Below the pieces are notes generated by a model. That model was given only the letters and a program-made list of their open reading frames with translations. It searched no databases and had not been told where the DNA came from. Position numbers and translations under genes: made by a program. DNA of 64,000 nucleotides from an uncultured delta proteobacterium (lineage in GTDB: Bacteria; Desulfobacterota; Binatia; UBA9968): positions 224,001-288,000 of the forward strand of contig CAVYTU010000008.1 in assembly GCA_963771465.1 (NCBI GenBank), written 5' to 3'. This document shows, one piece after another, positions 45,866 to 55,555 of this stretch. The first letter of the stretch is position 1. Every line of letters starts with the position of its first letter.

Positions 45866-46852
45866 ATGAAGAAAACGGCGCTCCTATCCATCCTGATCGT
45901 CGCGGTGCAGCTTACTATTGGAGTTGTAGCCGAAGCGCAGCAGCCAACAAAAATCCCTCGGATTGGATACCTGGCTCCTGCTTCGCTATCTGCCCTCGCG
46001 GCCCGCACCGAGGCATTCCGGCAAGGCCTGCGCGAGCTTGGGTACGTGGAGGGGAAAAATGTCATTATTGAGTGGCGATCTGCGGAGGGAAAACTCGATC
46101 GGCTGCCCGCTCTCGCGGCCGAGCTAGTGCGTCTCAAGGTGGACGTCATTGTGACAACTGGCCCGACAGCGACTCGTCCTGCCAAGGAAGCAACTTTATC
46201 GATTCCCATTGTCATGGCGCAGGATATCGATCCTGTTGGAACCGGTTTCGTCGCCAGCCTGGCAAGACCGGGTGGGAACATTACTGGATTGTCCAGCCTT
46301 GCTCCGGAGATAAGCGGAAAACAACTCGAGCTTCTGAAGGAAACCGTTCCTAAACTATCGCGTGCGGCGGTCCTCTGGGCATCATCCAACCCGGCCAACG
46401 CGGGAATGTTAAGAGAAATGGAACGCGCCGCAGCGGCGTTCGGAGTAAAGCTTCAATCTCTAGACGTATTAGCTCGCAAGGATTTTCAGATTGCATTCAG
46501 AGCAGCAACCAAGGAGCGCGCTGACGCGGTCCTCGTGTTGCAAAACGGTGTCGCTGCTGCGCACCGAACAGAGATTGCAGAACTTGCGATAAAGAGCCGG
46601 CTTCCGGCGATATATCCCAGGTTGGAATTTGTGGAAGACGGCGGGCTAATGAGCTACGGGGCGAGCTTTACCGATATGGACCGGCGCGCCGCTACTTATG
46701 TGGACAAGATTCTGAAAGGCCGTAAGCCCGCCGATCTCCCTGTAGAGCAGCCGATGAAGTTCGAGTTCATCATAAATCTCAAAGCGGCGAAACAGATCGG
46801 CCTTACGATTCCACAGTGGACGCTGATGAAGGCGGACAAGGTAATCAAGTAA
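45866..46852 (+). CDS. ABC-type substrate-binding protein (PF04392-like), orphan
   Basis: Signal peptide; FRQGLRELGYVEGKN, DPVGTGFVASLARPGGNITG, KPADLPVEQP. Confidence 0.93.
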   Translation: MKKTALLSILIVAVQLTIGVVAEAQQPTKIPRIGYLAPASLSALAARTEAFRQGLRELGYVEGKNVIIEWRSAEGKLDRLPALAAELVRLKVDVIVTTGPTATRPAKEATLSIPIVMAQDIDPVGTGFVASLARPGGNITGLSSLAPEISGKQLELLKETVPKLSRAAVLWASSNPANAGMLREMERAAAAFGVKLQSLDVLARKDFQIAFRAATKERADAVLVLQNGVAAAHRTEIAELAIKSRLPAIYPRLEFVEDGGLMSYGASFTDMDRRAATYVDKILKGRKPADLPVEQPMKFEFIINLKAAKQIGLTIPQWTLMKADKVIK

Positions 46853-46932
46853 CCGCGCGGCGCTACAATCACAAAAAGGCACGGTAACCACGGTGACAAA
46901 TCTGATTAAGCATTTAGATTAGCGCCTGCGCG

Positions 46933-47193
46933 TTAAGGGCCGGCTCCGAGCAACGGATCGAGCTTGCCGCTAACATCCAATCGGCGCATGTCGTCGTAAC
47001 CGCCGATCGGCTGACCGTCGATGAATATCTGCGGCACCGTCCAGCGTTGCGACAGGCGCTCCATTTCGGCTCGCTTGGCCGGATCGTCGGTCACGTCGAT
47101 CTCTTCGAACTGCACATTTTTGGCGCGCAAAAAGGCCTTTGCGCCAGTGCAATATGGACAATAGCTCGTCGTGTAGATGACCACATGGGCCAT
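46933..47193 (-). CDS. grxC: Glutaredoxin 3
   Basis: CPYC, TVPQIFI, GGYDD. Confidence 0.95.
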   Translation of the reverse strand: MAHVVIYTTSYCPYCTGAKAFLRAKNVQFEEIDVTDDPAKRAEMERLSQRWTVPQIFIDGQPIGGYDDMRRLDVSGKLDPLLGAGP

Positions 47194-47279
47194 GTTGGCT
47201 CTTCCTTACTAATTATCCATCCGCGATCATTTTAGCCGGTTTGCTTGAAAGCCACTAGCGATTTTGCAATTACTGTGAC

Positions 47280-47876
47280 GTGAAATTAGTTGGCCTAACC
47301 GGCGGCATCGCGTCTGGAAAGTCCACCGTCGCAAAGATGCTCGAGCGTCTCGGCGCGGCGATCGTCGATGCCGACGTGCTCTCCCGGGAAGTCGTCGAGC
47401 CCGGCCAAGCCGCCTGGGTTGATATCGTTGCCGCCTTCGGAAACGGGGTTTTGCAATCGGATCAAACCCTCGACCGGCAAAAACTGCGCACGATCATTTT
47501 CAATAATCCGGCCGCGCGAAAACAACTCGAAGCGATCATCCACCCGCGCGTGCGCGCCCTGGCCGAGCAGAGAATACGCGAGCGCAGCGAAGCCGGCTAC
47601 GCCGTAGTCATCTATGTCGTACCGCTGCTCTTCGAGGGCAATCTGCAAGACGGTCTTCGCCCGGTCATTCTTGTCGCCTGTGATGTCAACGTCCAACGTC
47701 AGCGCTTAGTCGAGCGCGATCAACTTGATCGAACCGCCGCGCAAAAGCATATCGAAGCGCAAATGAGCTTGGAAGAGAAACGGCGCTTGGCTGACTATGT
47801 GATCGAAAATAACGGCAGCCTCGATGACCTCGAACGGCAAGTTGGTGAAGTCTTAGCAAAAATCCAAACTACTTAA
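47280..47876 (+). CDS. coaE: Dephospho-CoA kinase
   Basis: GLTGGIASGKST, LEAIIHP, VPLLFE, ADYVIENNG. Confidence 0.96.
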   Translation: MKLVGLTGGIASGKSTVAKMLERLGAAIVDADVLSREVVEPGQAAWVDIVAAFGNGVLQSDQTLDRQKLRTIIFNNPAARKQLEAIIHPRVRALAEQRIRERSEAGYAVVIYVVPLLFEGNLQDGLRPVILVACDVNVQRQRLVERDQLDRTAAQKHIEAQMSLEEKRRLADYVIENNGSLDDLERQVGEVLAKIQTT

Positions 47877-48429
47877 CTCGCTCCTGATAGGAGCCGTCGG
47901 TTGGATCGACCCGCACCTTGTCGCCCACCTGGACGAATGGCGGCACCTGAACCACAACGCCGGTTTCTAACTTCGCCGGCTTATACGACGCGCTCGCAGT
48001 GGCGCCCTTCATCGAAGGTTCGGTATCGACGACTTCCAAATCCACCGTCGACGGCGGATTGATGCCGACTGGTTTGCCGTCATGAAACTCGATGCCGACG
48101 ATTGAGTTGGGCAACAAGAAAGCAAGCAGGTCGCCGATATCGCTGGCGCTCAACGCGAGTTGCTCGTAATTCTCGGTGTCCATGAAAGTATGCATGTCGC
48201 CTTCGGCGTAAAGATACTGCATCTGGCGGTTGTCCAAAATCGCCTGGTCGACGCGATCTTCCGAGCGGAATTTGTATTCAGTGCCGATCCCGGTGCGCAG
48301 GTTTTTCATCTTGGTCTGCATGAAGCCGCGCTTGTTGCCTGGCGTTAAGTGATGCACGGCGGTGACCCGAAATAGGTCGCCGGCGTGGATGATGATCATA
48401 CCTGGTCTAAGTTGAGTTGCCTGAACCAT
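47869..48429 (-). CDS. efp: Elongation factor P
   Basis: KMKNLRTG, MQYLY, FMDTENYEQ, KPAKLETG..VQVPPFV; loop reads TPGNKRG. Confidence 0.95.
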   Translation of the reverse strand: MVQATQLRPGMIIIHAGDLFRVTAVHHLTPGNKRGFMQTKMKNLRTGIGTEYKFRSEDRVDQAILDNRQMQYLYAEGDMHTFMDTENYEQLALSASDIGDLLAFLLPNSIVGIEFHDGKPVGINPPSTVDLEVVDTEPSMKGATASASYKPAKLETGVVVQVPPFVQVGDKVRVDPTDGSYQERVK

Positions 48430-48525
48430 CTAGCCGTACCTTCCTACGAAAAGTGTAAGATTGTTAGCAGTTTATCTGTCTTGCTTCAATCCAGGCGATT
48501 CGCCGCGCAACGTGTCGCAAGCCAG

Positions 48526-49785
48526 TTACGCGTAAAGACCGCGCCAAAGCATCGCCCGGCTGACGCGCTCGATACCGATCATCAGCGCCGCCTGGCGCAT
48601 GTCGACATTCTGTTTGCGGCTCATGTCGAGCACTTCGTAAAATGCTTTGATCAAAATATCCCGCAATTTTTTATTGACCTCATCCTCATTCCAGAAAAAA
48701 TTTTGCAGATCTTGCACCCACTCAAAGTAAGACACCACCACGCCGCCGGCATTGGCCAAAATATCGGGGATCAGAAAAATTCCCTTATCCCGGATAATAG
48801 CGTCGGCCTCCGGCGTCGTTGGACCGTTAGCGCCTTCGGCGAGAATACGGCACTGCACGCGCGGCGCATTGGCGGCGCTGATCTGCATCTCCAGTGCCGC
48901 AGGAATCAACACATCACACTTAAGCTCCAATACTTCGGTATTGCTGATCTTATCGCCGTAAGGACAACCCTCCAGACTGTGATTCTTGTCAGCGACTTCA
49001 AGCAGCTTGTCGACCGGCAAGCCATTGATATCGACGAAGCCGCCGGTGCGGTCCGACACACCGATCACCTTGACGCCGATATTGGCCAGCTCTTTTACCG
49101 CGATGGAACCGACATTGCCGAATCCCTGCACCACGGCGGTGCACTTGGATAGATCGATGGCCAAATGTTTCGCGGCTTCGATAATCATGTACACGACGCC
49201 GCGTCCGGTTGCTTCGCGTCGGCCGAGCGTGCCACCGATCGCGACCGGTTTGCCGGTGACGATTTCCGGCACGGCGTGTCCCTTATGCTGCGAGTAGGTG
49301 TCCATGATCCATGCCATCACCTGCTCATTGGTGCCCATGTCAGGCGCGGGAATGTCGACCTCCGGTCCGATAAAATTTAGCAACTCCGCGGTGAAGCGCC
49401 GGGTCATCGATTGCAGCTCGTTGCGCGACAGCTCCGCGGGGTCGCAGGCGATGCCGCCTTTGGCGCCGCCCAACGGCAGGCCGACCAATGAACATTTCCA
49501 AGTCATCCACATGGCGAGAGCCGAAACCTCGCCGAGATTGACCGCGGGATGATAGCGAATTCCGCCTTTGAACGGACCGAGCACGTCGTTGTGCTGCACG
49601 CGGTAGCCGGTAAATACATGCACCCGGCCATCGTCCATGCGGGTCGGCACGCTGACGATCATCGCCCGATCCGGCCGGCGTAACCGCGCCGCTAAGTTCG
49701 GATCGACGCTGAGTTTTTTCGCCGCGACATCGAACTGCTGGACCGCCATGTCGCTGGTAGCGCTGCGCCATTCATCGGTCGCCAT
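48526..49785 (-). CDS. gdhA: Glutamate dehydrogenase (Glu/Leu/Phe/Val family)
   Basis: GPFKGGIRY, MTWKC, GGAKGG, PAPDMGT, QGFGNVG, EGANGP. Confidence 0.93.
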   Translation of the reverse strand: MATDEWRSATSDMAVQQFDVAAKKLSVDPNLAARLRRPDRAMIVSVPTRMDDGRVHVFTGYRVQHNDVLGPFKGGIRYHPAVNLGEVSALAMWMTWKCSLVGLPLGGAKGGIACDPAELSRNELQSMTRRFTAELLNFIGPEVDIPAPDMGTNEQVMAWIMDTYSQHKGHAVPEIVTGKPVAIGGTLGRREATGRGVVYMIIEAAKHLAIDLSKCTAVVQGFGNVGSIAVKELANIGVKVIGVSDRTGGFVDINGLPVDKLLEVADKNHSLEGCPYGDKISNTEVLELKCDVLIPAALEMQISAANAPRVQCRILAEGANGPTTPEADAIIRDKGIFLIPDILANAGGVVVSYFEWVQDLQNFFWNEDEVNKKLRDILIKAFYEVLDMSRKQNVDMRQAALMIGIERVSRAMLWRGLYA

Positions 49786-49799
49786 GAAGCCCCCTGCTA

Positions 49800-49838
49800 A
49801 TTTTTAATTTTAGATTTTCGATTCTGGATTTGGGATTC
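49800..49838. repeat. Intergenic degenerate heptamer tandem repeat
   Basis: ATTTTTA ATTTTAG ATTTTCG ATTCTGG ATTTGGG. Confidence 0.7.
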
Positions 49839-49936
49839 TTGCGCCGTTGCGAGAGCTGTCGCGCAGTTTCGACAGTGGTCATTACGCTGGAGCCGTCAAA
49901 CAGATTACGTTCCGCGTGATCAACCCGAAATCGCTC

Positions 49937-50281
49937 TCACCCTGGCGGCCAGCCCAACTGCCGCCCACCCAACAGGTGATAGTGTATGTGTAAGACACTT
50001 TGGCCGGCATCGGCGCCGGAATTGACCACCACACGATAACCGCTCTCCGCAATACCCTGCTCGCGGGCAAGCTTTGCCGCGACTTGAAAGATGTCGCCGA
50101 TCAGCGCGCGGTCGGCCGCGGCAATATCCGACACACTGGCCACATGTTTCCGCGGTATGATGAGAATATGCACCGGCGCCCTCGGCGCGATGTCACTGAA
50201 AGCCACGACGGCGTCGTCTTGATAGACTAGATTCGCCTTAACGCTGCCATCAACGATGCCGCAAAATAAACAGTCGCTCAT
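49937..50281 (-). CDS. hinT: Histidine triad nucleotide-binding protein
   Basis: DCLFC, GQSVLHIHYHLLGGR, WPPG. Confidence 0.93.
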   Translation of the reverse strand: MSDCLFCGIVDGSVKANLVYQDDAVVAFSDIAPRAPVHILIIPRKHVASVSDIAAADRALIGDIFQVAAKLAREQGIAESGYRVVVNSGADAGQSVLHIHYHLLGGRQLGWPPG

Positions 50282-50317
50282 GATTCGATCCTCGAAATTT
50301 TTAAGCGCCAAACTCTC

Positions 50318-50692
50318 TCACTCGTCGTCCGTCGCGCCGGGCAGACGCGCGTAGATTTGGCCGTCGTCGATCACGATGGGCAGGCTTTGCAACGACAGGC
50401 CCACGCAGGGGCCCCAGACACACTCTCCCGACGGCGGTTCGAAAACCGCGCCATGGGTGGCGCACATGATGTAGCGATTATCCGAGCTGAAGAACTGATT
50501 GTTGACCCAGTCGAGCGTTATACCGGTGTGAGGACAACGATTGACGTAGGCGAAATGATTGCCCTGGTAGTTCACCAGCAGCGCTTCGAAATCACGCCCG
50601 CCGCGCCGCATGGTGAACTTCTTGGTCGTGCCGTGTTCGAGTTCGCCCAGTGTGGCAACTCGCTTACCCGCCGGTTTTTTCGTGGCCGTCAT
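50318..50692 (-). CDS. Rieske [2Fe-2S] ferredoxin
   Basis: NRCPH...CATHGA. Confidence 0.92.
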   Translation of the reverse strand: MTATKKPAGKRVATLGELEHGTTKKFTMRRGGRDFEALLVNYQGNHFAYVNRCPHTGITLDWVNNQFFSSDNRYIMCATHGAVFEPPSGECVWGPCVGLSLQSLPIVIDDGQIYARLPGATDDE

Positions 50693-50706
50693 AATCTATT
50701 TTTACC

Positions 50707-51186
50707 CTATTCTCCCATGGGCCTCAAATCGCCCTGCGGGCAGCCGACCAAAACGTCGCCGTGGTCCACGCGCACCGGCAAGCGATACAACGATTCGCCT
50801 TTGCACGGCCCGGCGATACATTCGCCGGTGGCGAACTCGTAAAGCGCACCGTGAGTATAACATTGCAGGTAACGGCCGTCGTCGCTGAGGAACTCATCAC
50901 GGACGAAGTCGAGCGGTGTCGGCATATGGCGGCAGCGGTTCACGTATGCGTGATAGTTGCCTTGATCGTTAACCAGAAACGCGTCGAGCCGGTATTGTTG
51001 ACAGATCAGCCAGAATTTTTTCACCGCGCCCGGTTTGATCTCGCCAACCCGAGCGACGATACGGCCACCCTCGCGGCTCTCGTCCCGCATGCGCTTCTTG
51101 TCGCGCCAGAACAGCCAGCGGTGAATCGCTAGCGCGATCAAATAGAGCGCTAAGAAGATCAGCGAGAGATAGATCGTAACGGCCAT
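50707..51186 (-). CDS. Membrane-anchored Rieske [2Fe-2S] ferredoxin
   Basis: N-terminal TM helix; NRCRH...CYTHGA. Confidence 0.9.
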   Translation of the reverse strand: MAVTIYLSLIFLALYLIALAIHRWLFWRDKKRMRDESREGGRIVARVGEIKPGAVKKFWLICQQYRLDAFLVNDQGNYHAYVNRCRHMPTPLDFVRDEFLSDDGRYLQCYTHGALYEFATGECIAGPCKGESLYRLPVRVDHGDVLVGCPQGDLRPMGE

Positions 51187-51204
51187 GTCTGGACGGCGAG
51201 CGAG

Positions 51205-51528
51205 TCAGTCGGAATCCTTGTCAACGCTAGTCCGGATGCGTTTGACGTCTTGGGCCGTTTGTCTCCCGGAAATGCCCATGACATTCATCAGCTCGGTGGT
51301 CATCTCCGCCGTCACTTGATCCTGGATACTACCTTTGCCGTCGGGATCGGCGTGCAAAAATTTCACGAGTTTCTCTTTGGCGACTCCGGTGTGTTCCAAA
51401 CCGTCGAGAAATTGGCCAAAGCTTACCTTGCCGCGCAACTCGTCGACGCGCGCGAGCAGCTTCTTGCAATCGGCACAGACGCGGCCAAATAATCTGGCGC
51501 GGTCGCCGCAGTAAACGCATTGACGCAT
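51205..51528 (-). CDS. Hypothetical protein with an N-terminal CxxC-x11-CxxC motif
   Basis: Co-oriented in the operon; CVYC...CADC. Confidence 0.75.
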   Translation of the reverse strand: MRQCVYCGDRARLFGRVCADCKKLLARVDELRGKVSFGQFLDGLEHTGVAKEKLVKFLHADPDGKGSIQDQVTAEMTTELMNVMGISGRQTAQDVKRIRTSVDKDSD

Positions 51529-51560
51529 CGAATTTTAATCTGATCGCTACAGAACCAACA

Positions 51561-52364
51561 CTATTTACGCTCGGCCACTGCGGCCGCCCATAAACTCTGC
51601 AAACCGTCGGTCAAGTGGCTATTGGCGGCGACGACACCTTTATGCTTGGCCGGCAGACGATTGAAGCGCATGGGATTGCCATCCCCATCGACGACTTTGC
51701 CGCCGGCCTCCTCGACCATCAAAACGCCAGCGCAAATATCCCACTCGTGAATATTTCGGAACGTCAGCGTACCATCCCCGTCGCCGCCGGCGACTTTGGC
51801 CAGCCGGTAAGCGATACTGCCGACTGGCCGAATCGCACAGCGATCAACGAACACTTGAAATCTTTTCTGCGGCTCGGACCGGCTGACGAGCAGCGCCGCT
51901 CCGTCGATATTGTCGCGCGCTGTGACGCGGATCGGCGAGTCATTCAGAAAAGCTCCCTCGCCCGCCGCCGCTTTGTAGAAACGATCCTTCGCCGGATTGA
52001 AAACGATGGCAACCTTGGGTCGACCGTCGACGACGAAGCCTATTGAAATGGCAAACTGCGGCACGCCTTCGATAAACTCTTTGGTACCGTCGATCGGGTC
52101 GACCACCCACACTCGCGACAACGCCAAACGATCCGAATTATCGCTATCTTCTTCCGACAGCCAGCCGTCGTCGGGAAAGTTTTTTTGCACGCACTCGCGA
52201 ATGATCCGATTGGCTTCGAGATCGGCGCTGGTCACGGGATTGTTTTTGCTTTTCTCATGTACATCGAATTTGCCTCGAAACAATCCCATGACCGCCACGC
52301 CGGCATCGCGCGCCGCCCGTTCCGCCGCGCCAAGTTCCGCGTTGAATTTGAAATTATCAGTCAC
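51561..52364 (-). CDS. cysQ: CysQ/inositol monophosphatase family phosphatase
   Basis: PVTSADL, LSEE, VDPIDGTKEF, EWDICAG; start uncertain (ORF extends to 52424). Confidence 0.85.
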   Translation of the reverse strand: MTDNFKFNAELGAAERAARDAGVAVMGLFRGKFDVHEKSKNNPVTSADLEANRIIRECVQKNFPDDGWLSEEDSDNSDRLALSRVWVVDPIDGTKEFIEGVPQFAISIGFVVDGRPKVAIVFNPAKDRFYKAAAGEGAFLNDSPIRVTARDNIDGAALLVSRSEPQKRFQVFVDRCAIRPVGSIAYRLAKVAGGDGDGTLTFRNIHEWDICAGVLMVEEAGGKVVDGDGNPMRFNRLPAKHKGVVAANSHLTDGLQSLWAAAVAERK

Positions 52365-52462
52365 AATTAGACCTTGATCCGAAGCCGATGAAACAATTAA
52401 ACACCAGATCTCCGGCAGCGGCAACCGACGGAATTTGAAGGGTCGAGATGACCGAGCGGAAG

Positions 52463-53053
52463 TTACAAAGTGATGTCGTCAACGCTCTCGATAACACGAG
52501 CACCTGCGTCAAGCATTGTGGCCACCGCGCGCACCGCATCTCCCGGCACCAAGTCGACTCCGCGAACGGCGTCTTCTAGCAAAGTCACAGAGAAACCGCG
52601 CTTCAATCCGTCCAATACCGTCTGTTTGACGCAATAGTCGGTGGCCAATCCACCAACGCAAATACGTGTTACGTTAGACCGGCGCAGCAATTCCGCCAAA
52701 CCAACGCCGGATGAATCGACGCCGTCAAACCCCGAATAACCTTCCTCATCCGGAGCCATGCCGGCCGATACGATCACGGCGGCCGCCGGCAAGGTCAGAT
52801 CAGCGCGAAACTCTGCACCCCTGGAGCCCTGAATGCAGTGAGGGGGCCAAAGCCCACCATACGCCTTGAAGTGGATCGTCTTCTCGGGATGCCAGTCCCG
52901 GGTCGCAAAAATCGGCAAACCAGCGTCGGCAAACCTCTCGATGTAACGATTGAGCGGCGCCACCACTCGATCGCCCTCCGCAACCGCCAACGCACCGCCA
53001 GGGCAAAAATCGTTTTGCACATCGACGATGATGAGCGCGGCTTTTTTCTCCAT
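52463..53053 (-). CDS. pncA: Nicotinamidase/pyrazinamidase
   Basis: VDVQNDFCPGGAL, TRDWHP, WPPHC, GLATDYCV. Confidence 0.93.
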   Translation of the reverse strand: MEKKAALIIVDVQNDFCPGGALAVAEGDRVVAPLNRYIERFADAGLPIFATRDWHPEKTIHFKAYGGLWPPHCIQGSRGAEFRADLTLPAAAVIVSAGMAPDEEGYSGFDGVDSSGVGLAELLRRSNVTRICVGGLATDYCVKQTVLDGLKRGFSVTLLEDAVRGVDLVPGDAVRAVATMLDAGARVIESVDDITL

Positions 53054-53132
53054 CGATTTTGATTATAAAGGATGCTACGTTTCATGCAATCGGACATGCT
53101 TGCCGCCGGAGGGTCTTCCGGCAATTTGAAAA

Positions 53133-53855
53133 ATGAAATCTGAGATTCCGCGCCACACCAAGATTAAGGCGGTGTACTTCGACGCCGCCGGCACCTTGAT
53201 CAAACCGGCCAGGCGCGTGGGTGAGAGCTACGCGACGATCGCGGCGAAATACGGTAAATCCGTTGCGCCGGCCGATTTACTTGAACGTTTTCGAATTTGC
53301 TTTGACGCGGCACCGCGCCTCGCCTTTCCAAACGCAGCGCCGCACGAAATTGATCGGCTCGAGCAAGATTGGTGGAAAAATCTGGTCAAACAGGTGTTCG
53401 AGCCCTGGGGTTATTTTGAAAACTTCGATAACTATTTTAACGAGCTGTTTGCCTATTTTGCCGAACCCAGCGCGTGGGGGCTTTATCCGGAAGCCTTAGA
53501 CACGCTTGCCGCGTTGCGCCAACGCCGCGTCACTCTCGCGGTGATTTCAAATTTCGATTCCCGCCTGGTGCGAATTCTCGACGGTCTCGGCGCCGGGTCG
53601 TGGTTCGCCGATATCTTTGTCTCCAGCCGGGTCGGCTACGCCAAGCCGGATCGGCAAATTTTCGACGTAGCACTCGACCGCCACGGGTTGGCGCCGGGAA
53701 ACGCAATTCATGTCGGCGACAGCGAGACCAATGATCTCTTTGGCGCGCAAAACGCCGGCCTCAAAGGTTTGCTCATCGACCGCGGCCGGCAAACCGACGA
53801 AACCGCGCCGGAGCGAATCGCCAGCTTGCAGGAAATCGTCACGCACCTCTACTGA
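53133..53855 (+). CDS. HAD-superfamily hydrolase (REG-2-like)
   Basis: FDAAGTL, ISNFD, KPD, HVGDS..ND. Confidence 0.92.
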   Translation: MKSEIPRHTKIKAVYFDAAGTLIKPARRVGESYATIAAKYGKSVAPADLLERFRICFDAAPRLAFPNAAPHEIDRLEQDWWKNLVKQVFEPWGYFENFDNYFNELFAYFAEPSAWGLYPEALDTLAALRQRRVTLAVISNFDSRLVRILDGLGAGSWFADIFVSSRVGYAKPDRQIFDVALDRHGLAPGNAIHVGDSETNDLFGAQNAGLKGLLIDRGRQTDETAPERIASLQEIVTHLY

Positions 53856-53893
53856 GAACGAGCAAATCGGCACATTACTTTCAGGAGCACTCG

Positions 53894-54607
53894 ATGACTA
53901 CATCCAACTGGCAGCAAACGGAATCCGATGGCAGCACGATGCGTTTACACGTGAGCGTACCCAATGGCAACGCTCCATTCCCCGCCTTGGTCGTAATTCA
54001 GCATCAAAGCGGCGTGGACGAGTTCATCCAGGGAATGACCCGGAAATTGGCCGACTCAGGTTTCGTCGCCGCCGCGCCGGATCTCTATCATCGCGATGGA
54101 CCCAATTGCCCAGACGATATGCGCACGCGCAGCACGCGTCTCGGCGATCGCCGTGTGATCGCCGATGTCGGCGCGACGGTCGATTTTCTCAAGCAGTACC
54201 ACGGGGTGGACGCCCAACGGATCGGCATTATCGGTTTTTGCATGGGTGGACGGATCGTTTATCTGATGGCGGCGGCCAATCCCGCGTTCAAAGCCGCCGT
54301 AACGTTTTACCCTGGCAACACTGGACGCGCTTGGGGACGCGACATCCCCTCACCGCTGCAGCGCACGGCGGAAATCCATTGCCCGCTGCAAGGCCATTTT
54401 GGTGACGACGATAAGAATCCCTCGCCGGACGATCGGGTGAAACTCGACGGTGAACTGACCCAGCACGGCAAGCCACATGAGTTTTTTGCTTACGCCAACG
54501 CCGGCCACGCATTTATGGACAACACTAAGGAAAGCTACCGGCAAGCCGCTGCCGAGACCGCGTGGCCGCGCGCGTTGGAGTTTTTGCGCCGCCACCTGTC
54601 CGCTTGA
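53894..54607 (+). CDS. Dienelactone hydrolase family protein
   Basis: APDLYHR, GFCMGG, AGHAF. Confidence 0.92.
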   Translation: MTTSNWQQTESDGSTMRLHVSVPNGNAPFPALVVIQHQSGVDEFIQGMTRKLADSGFVAAAPDLYHRDGPNCPDDMRTRSTRLGDRRVIADVGATVDFLKQYHGVDAQRIGIIGFCMGGRIVYLMAAANPAFKAAVTFYPGNTGRAWGRDIPSPLQRTAEIHCPLQGHFGDDDKNPSPDDRVKLDGELTQHGKPHEFFAYANAGHAFMDNTKESYRQAAAETAWPRALEFLRRHLSA

Positions 54608-54775
54608 TCGGACCATCGTTGCCATCGCGAATGAGCGACTGCATAAAAAGAGAGTTTTCAAACTAAAACCGTGCCATCAGGCAGTAACCGCAGCTTCGGA
54701 CGCCACGATTGCGGGCAACTTGCATGAACCGTCGGCCCGACGTATTAGAATAGGGAAGCTCGATTTAAGCACCGA

Positions 54776-55447
54776 ATGCCAAACCCCATCGGAAAATTGA
54801 AACCGGCCAAGCCGAAAGAAGCTGTCGCGGCCGCCGTTTTGGAAGAGCGCGAACGCATTTCGCGCGAGCTCCACGACCGCGCATTGCAACTGCTCTCGAC
54901 CGCGCGCCTGCGGCTCGACATGTGCCAACGCCAGCTTGCCGACGATGCTACGACATTGAAGAAAGAATTGTCGGTCGTTGAAGAGAATCTCGACCGCGCG
55001 ATCACAGAAATCCGTAACTTACTCACCGAGAATCAGACCGACGGAGAATTGCAAGTAGGCTCGTTAGAACGCCGGCTCAAAGAGGAGTTGGATATTTTTC
55101 GCGCGCGCACTGGTTTCAAACTCGATTTCCAATGCGCCATCGACGCGCACAACCTGCCCGCACCGATCGAGCGCGAGTTGTATTTTACACTGCGCGAAGG
55201 CGTGCTCAATGCCGTGCGTCATTCGCGCGCGACCGAGTTGCATCTTTCGCTCTCTCAGACCGCCAAGAGTTGCGAGGCCAGATTGCGCGACAATGGCGTG
55301 GGTTTTACCGTCGCTGCGGCCGAGGGCAGCAATCACTACGGACTCAAAGGCATGAAGGAAAGAATGCGAAAAGTCGGCGGCGTACTAAACCTGCACACGG
55401 TGCCGGGGCAAGGCACAGAAATCCATATCTCCGTGCCGCTGGAGTAA
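54776..55447 (+). CDS. Sensor-less HisKA_3 (NarX/DegS-type) histidine kinase
   Basis: ERERISRELHD, EGVLNAVRHS, DNGVGF, GLKGMKER. Confidence 0.9.
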   Translation: MPNPIGKLKPAKPKEAVAAAVLEERERISRELHDRALQLLSTARLRLDMCQRQLADDATTLKKELSVVEENLDRAITEIRNLLTENQTDGELQVGSLERRLKEELDIFRARTGFKLDFQCAIDAHNLPAPIERELYFTLREGVLNAVRHSRATELHLSLSQTAKSCEARLRDNGVGFTVAAAEGSNHYGLKGMKERMRKVGGVLNLHTVPGQGTEIHISVPLE

Positions 55448-55555
55448 CCCGAATTCCGCTATTGGAGTAACCGCCTGCGCCGAGTGAGGCGCGATCCTGT
55501 AGTGGTGAAGGCGGGATAAAAACCGCAATCGTGAAGTACGTGATCCGCACTTCCA

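Larger units (their letters stand above)
42011..46860. mobile_element. Decayed genomic island at tRNA-Cys (right boundary uncertain)
   Basis: Integrase abuts the tRNA 3' end; gene fragments; visibly lower GC than the flanks; housekeeping genes resume at grxC/coaE. Confidence 0.7.

Noticed and set aside
45802-46398. 198-aa minus-strand ORF opposite the substrate-binding protein
   Set aside because: Antisense shadow of a well-supported plus-strand gene.
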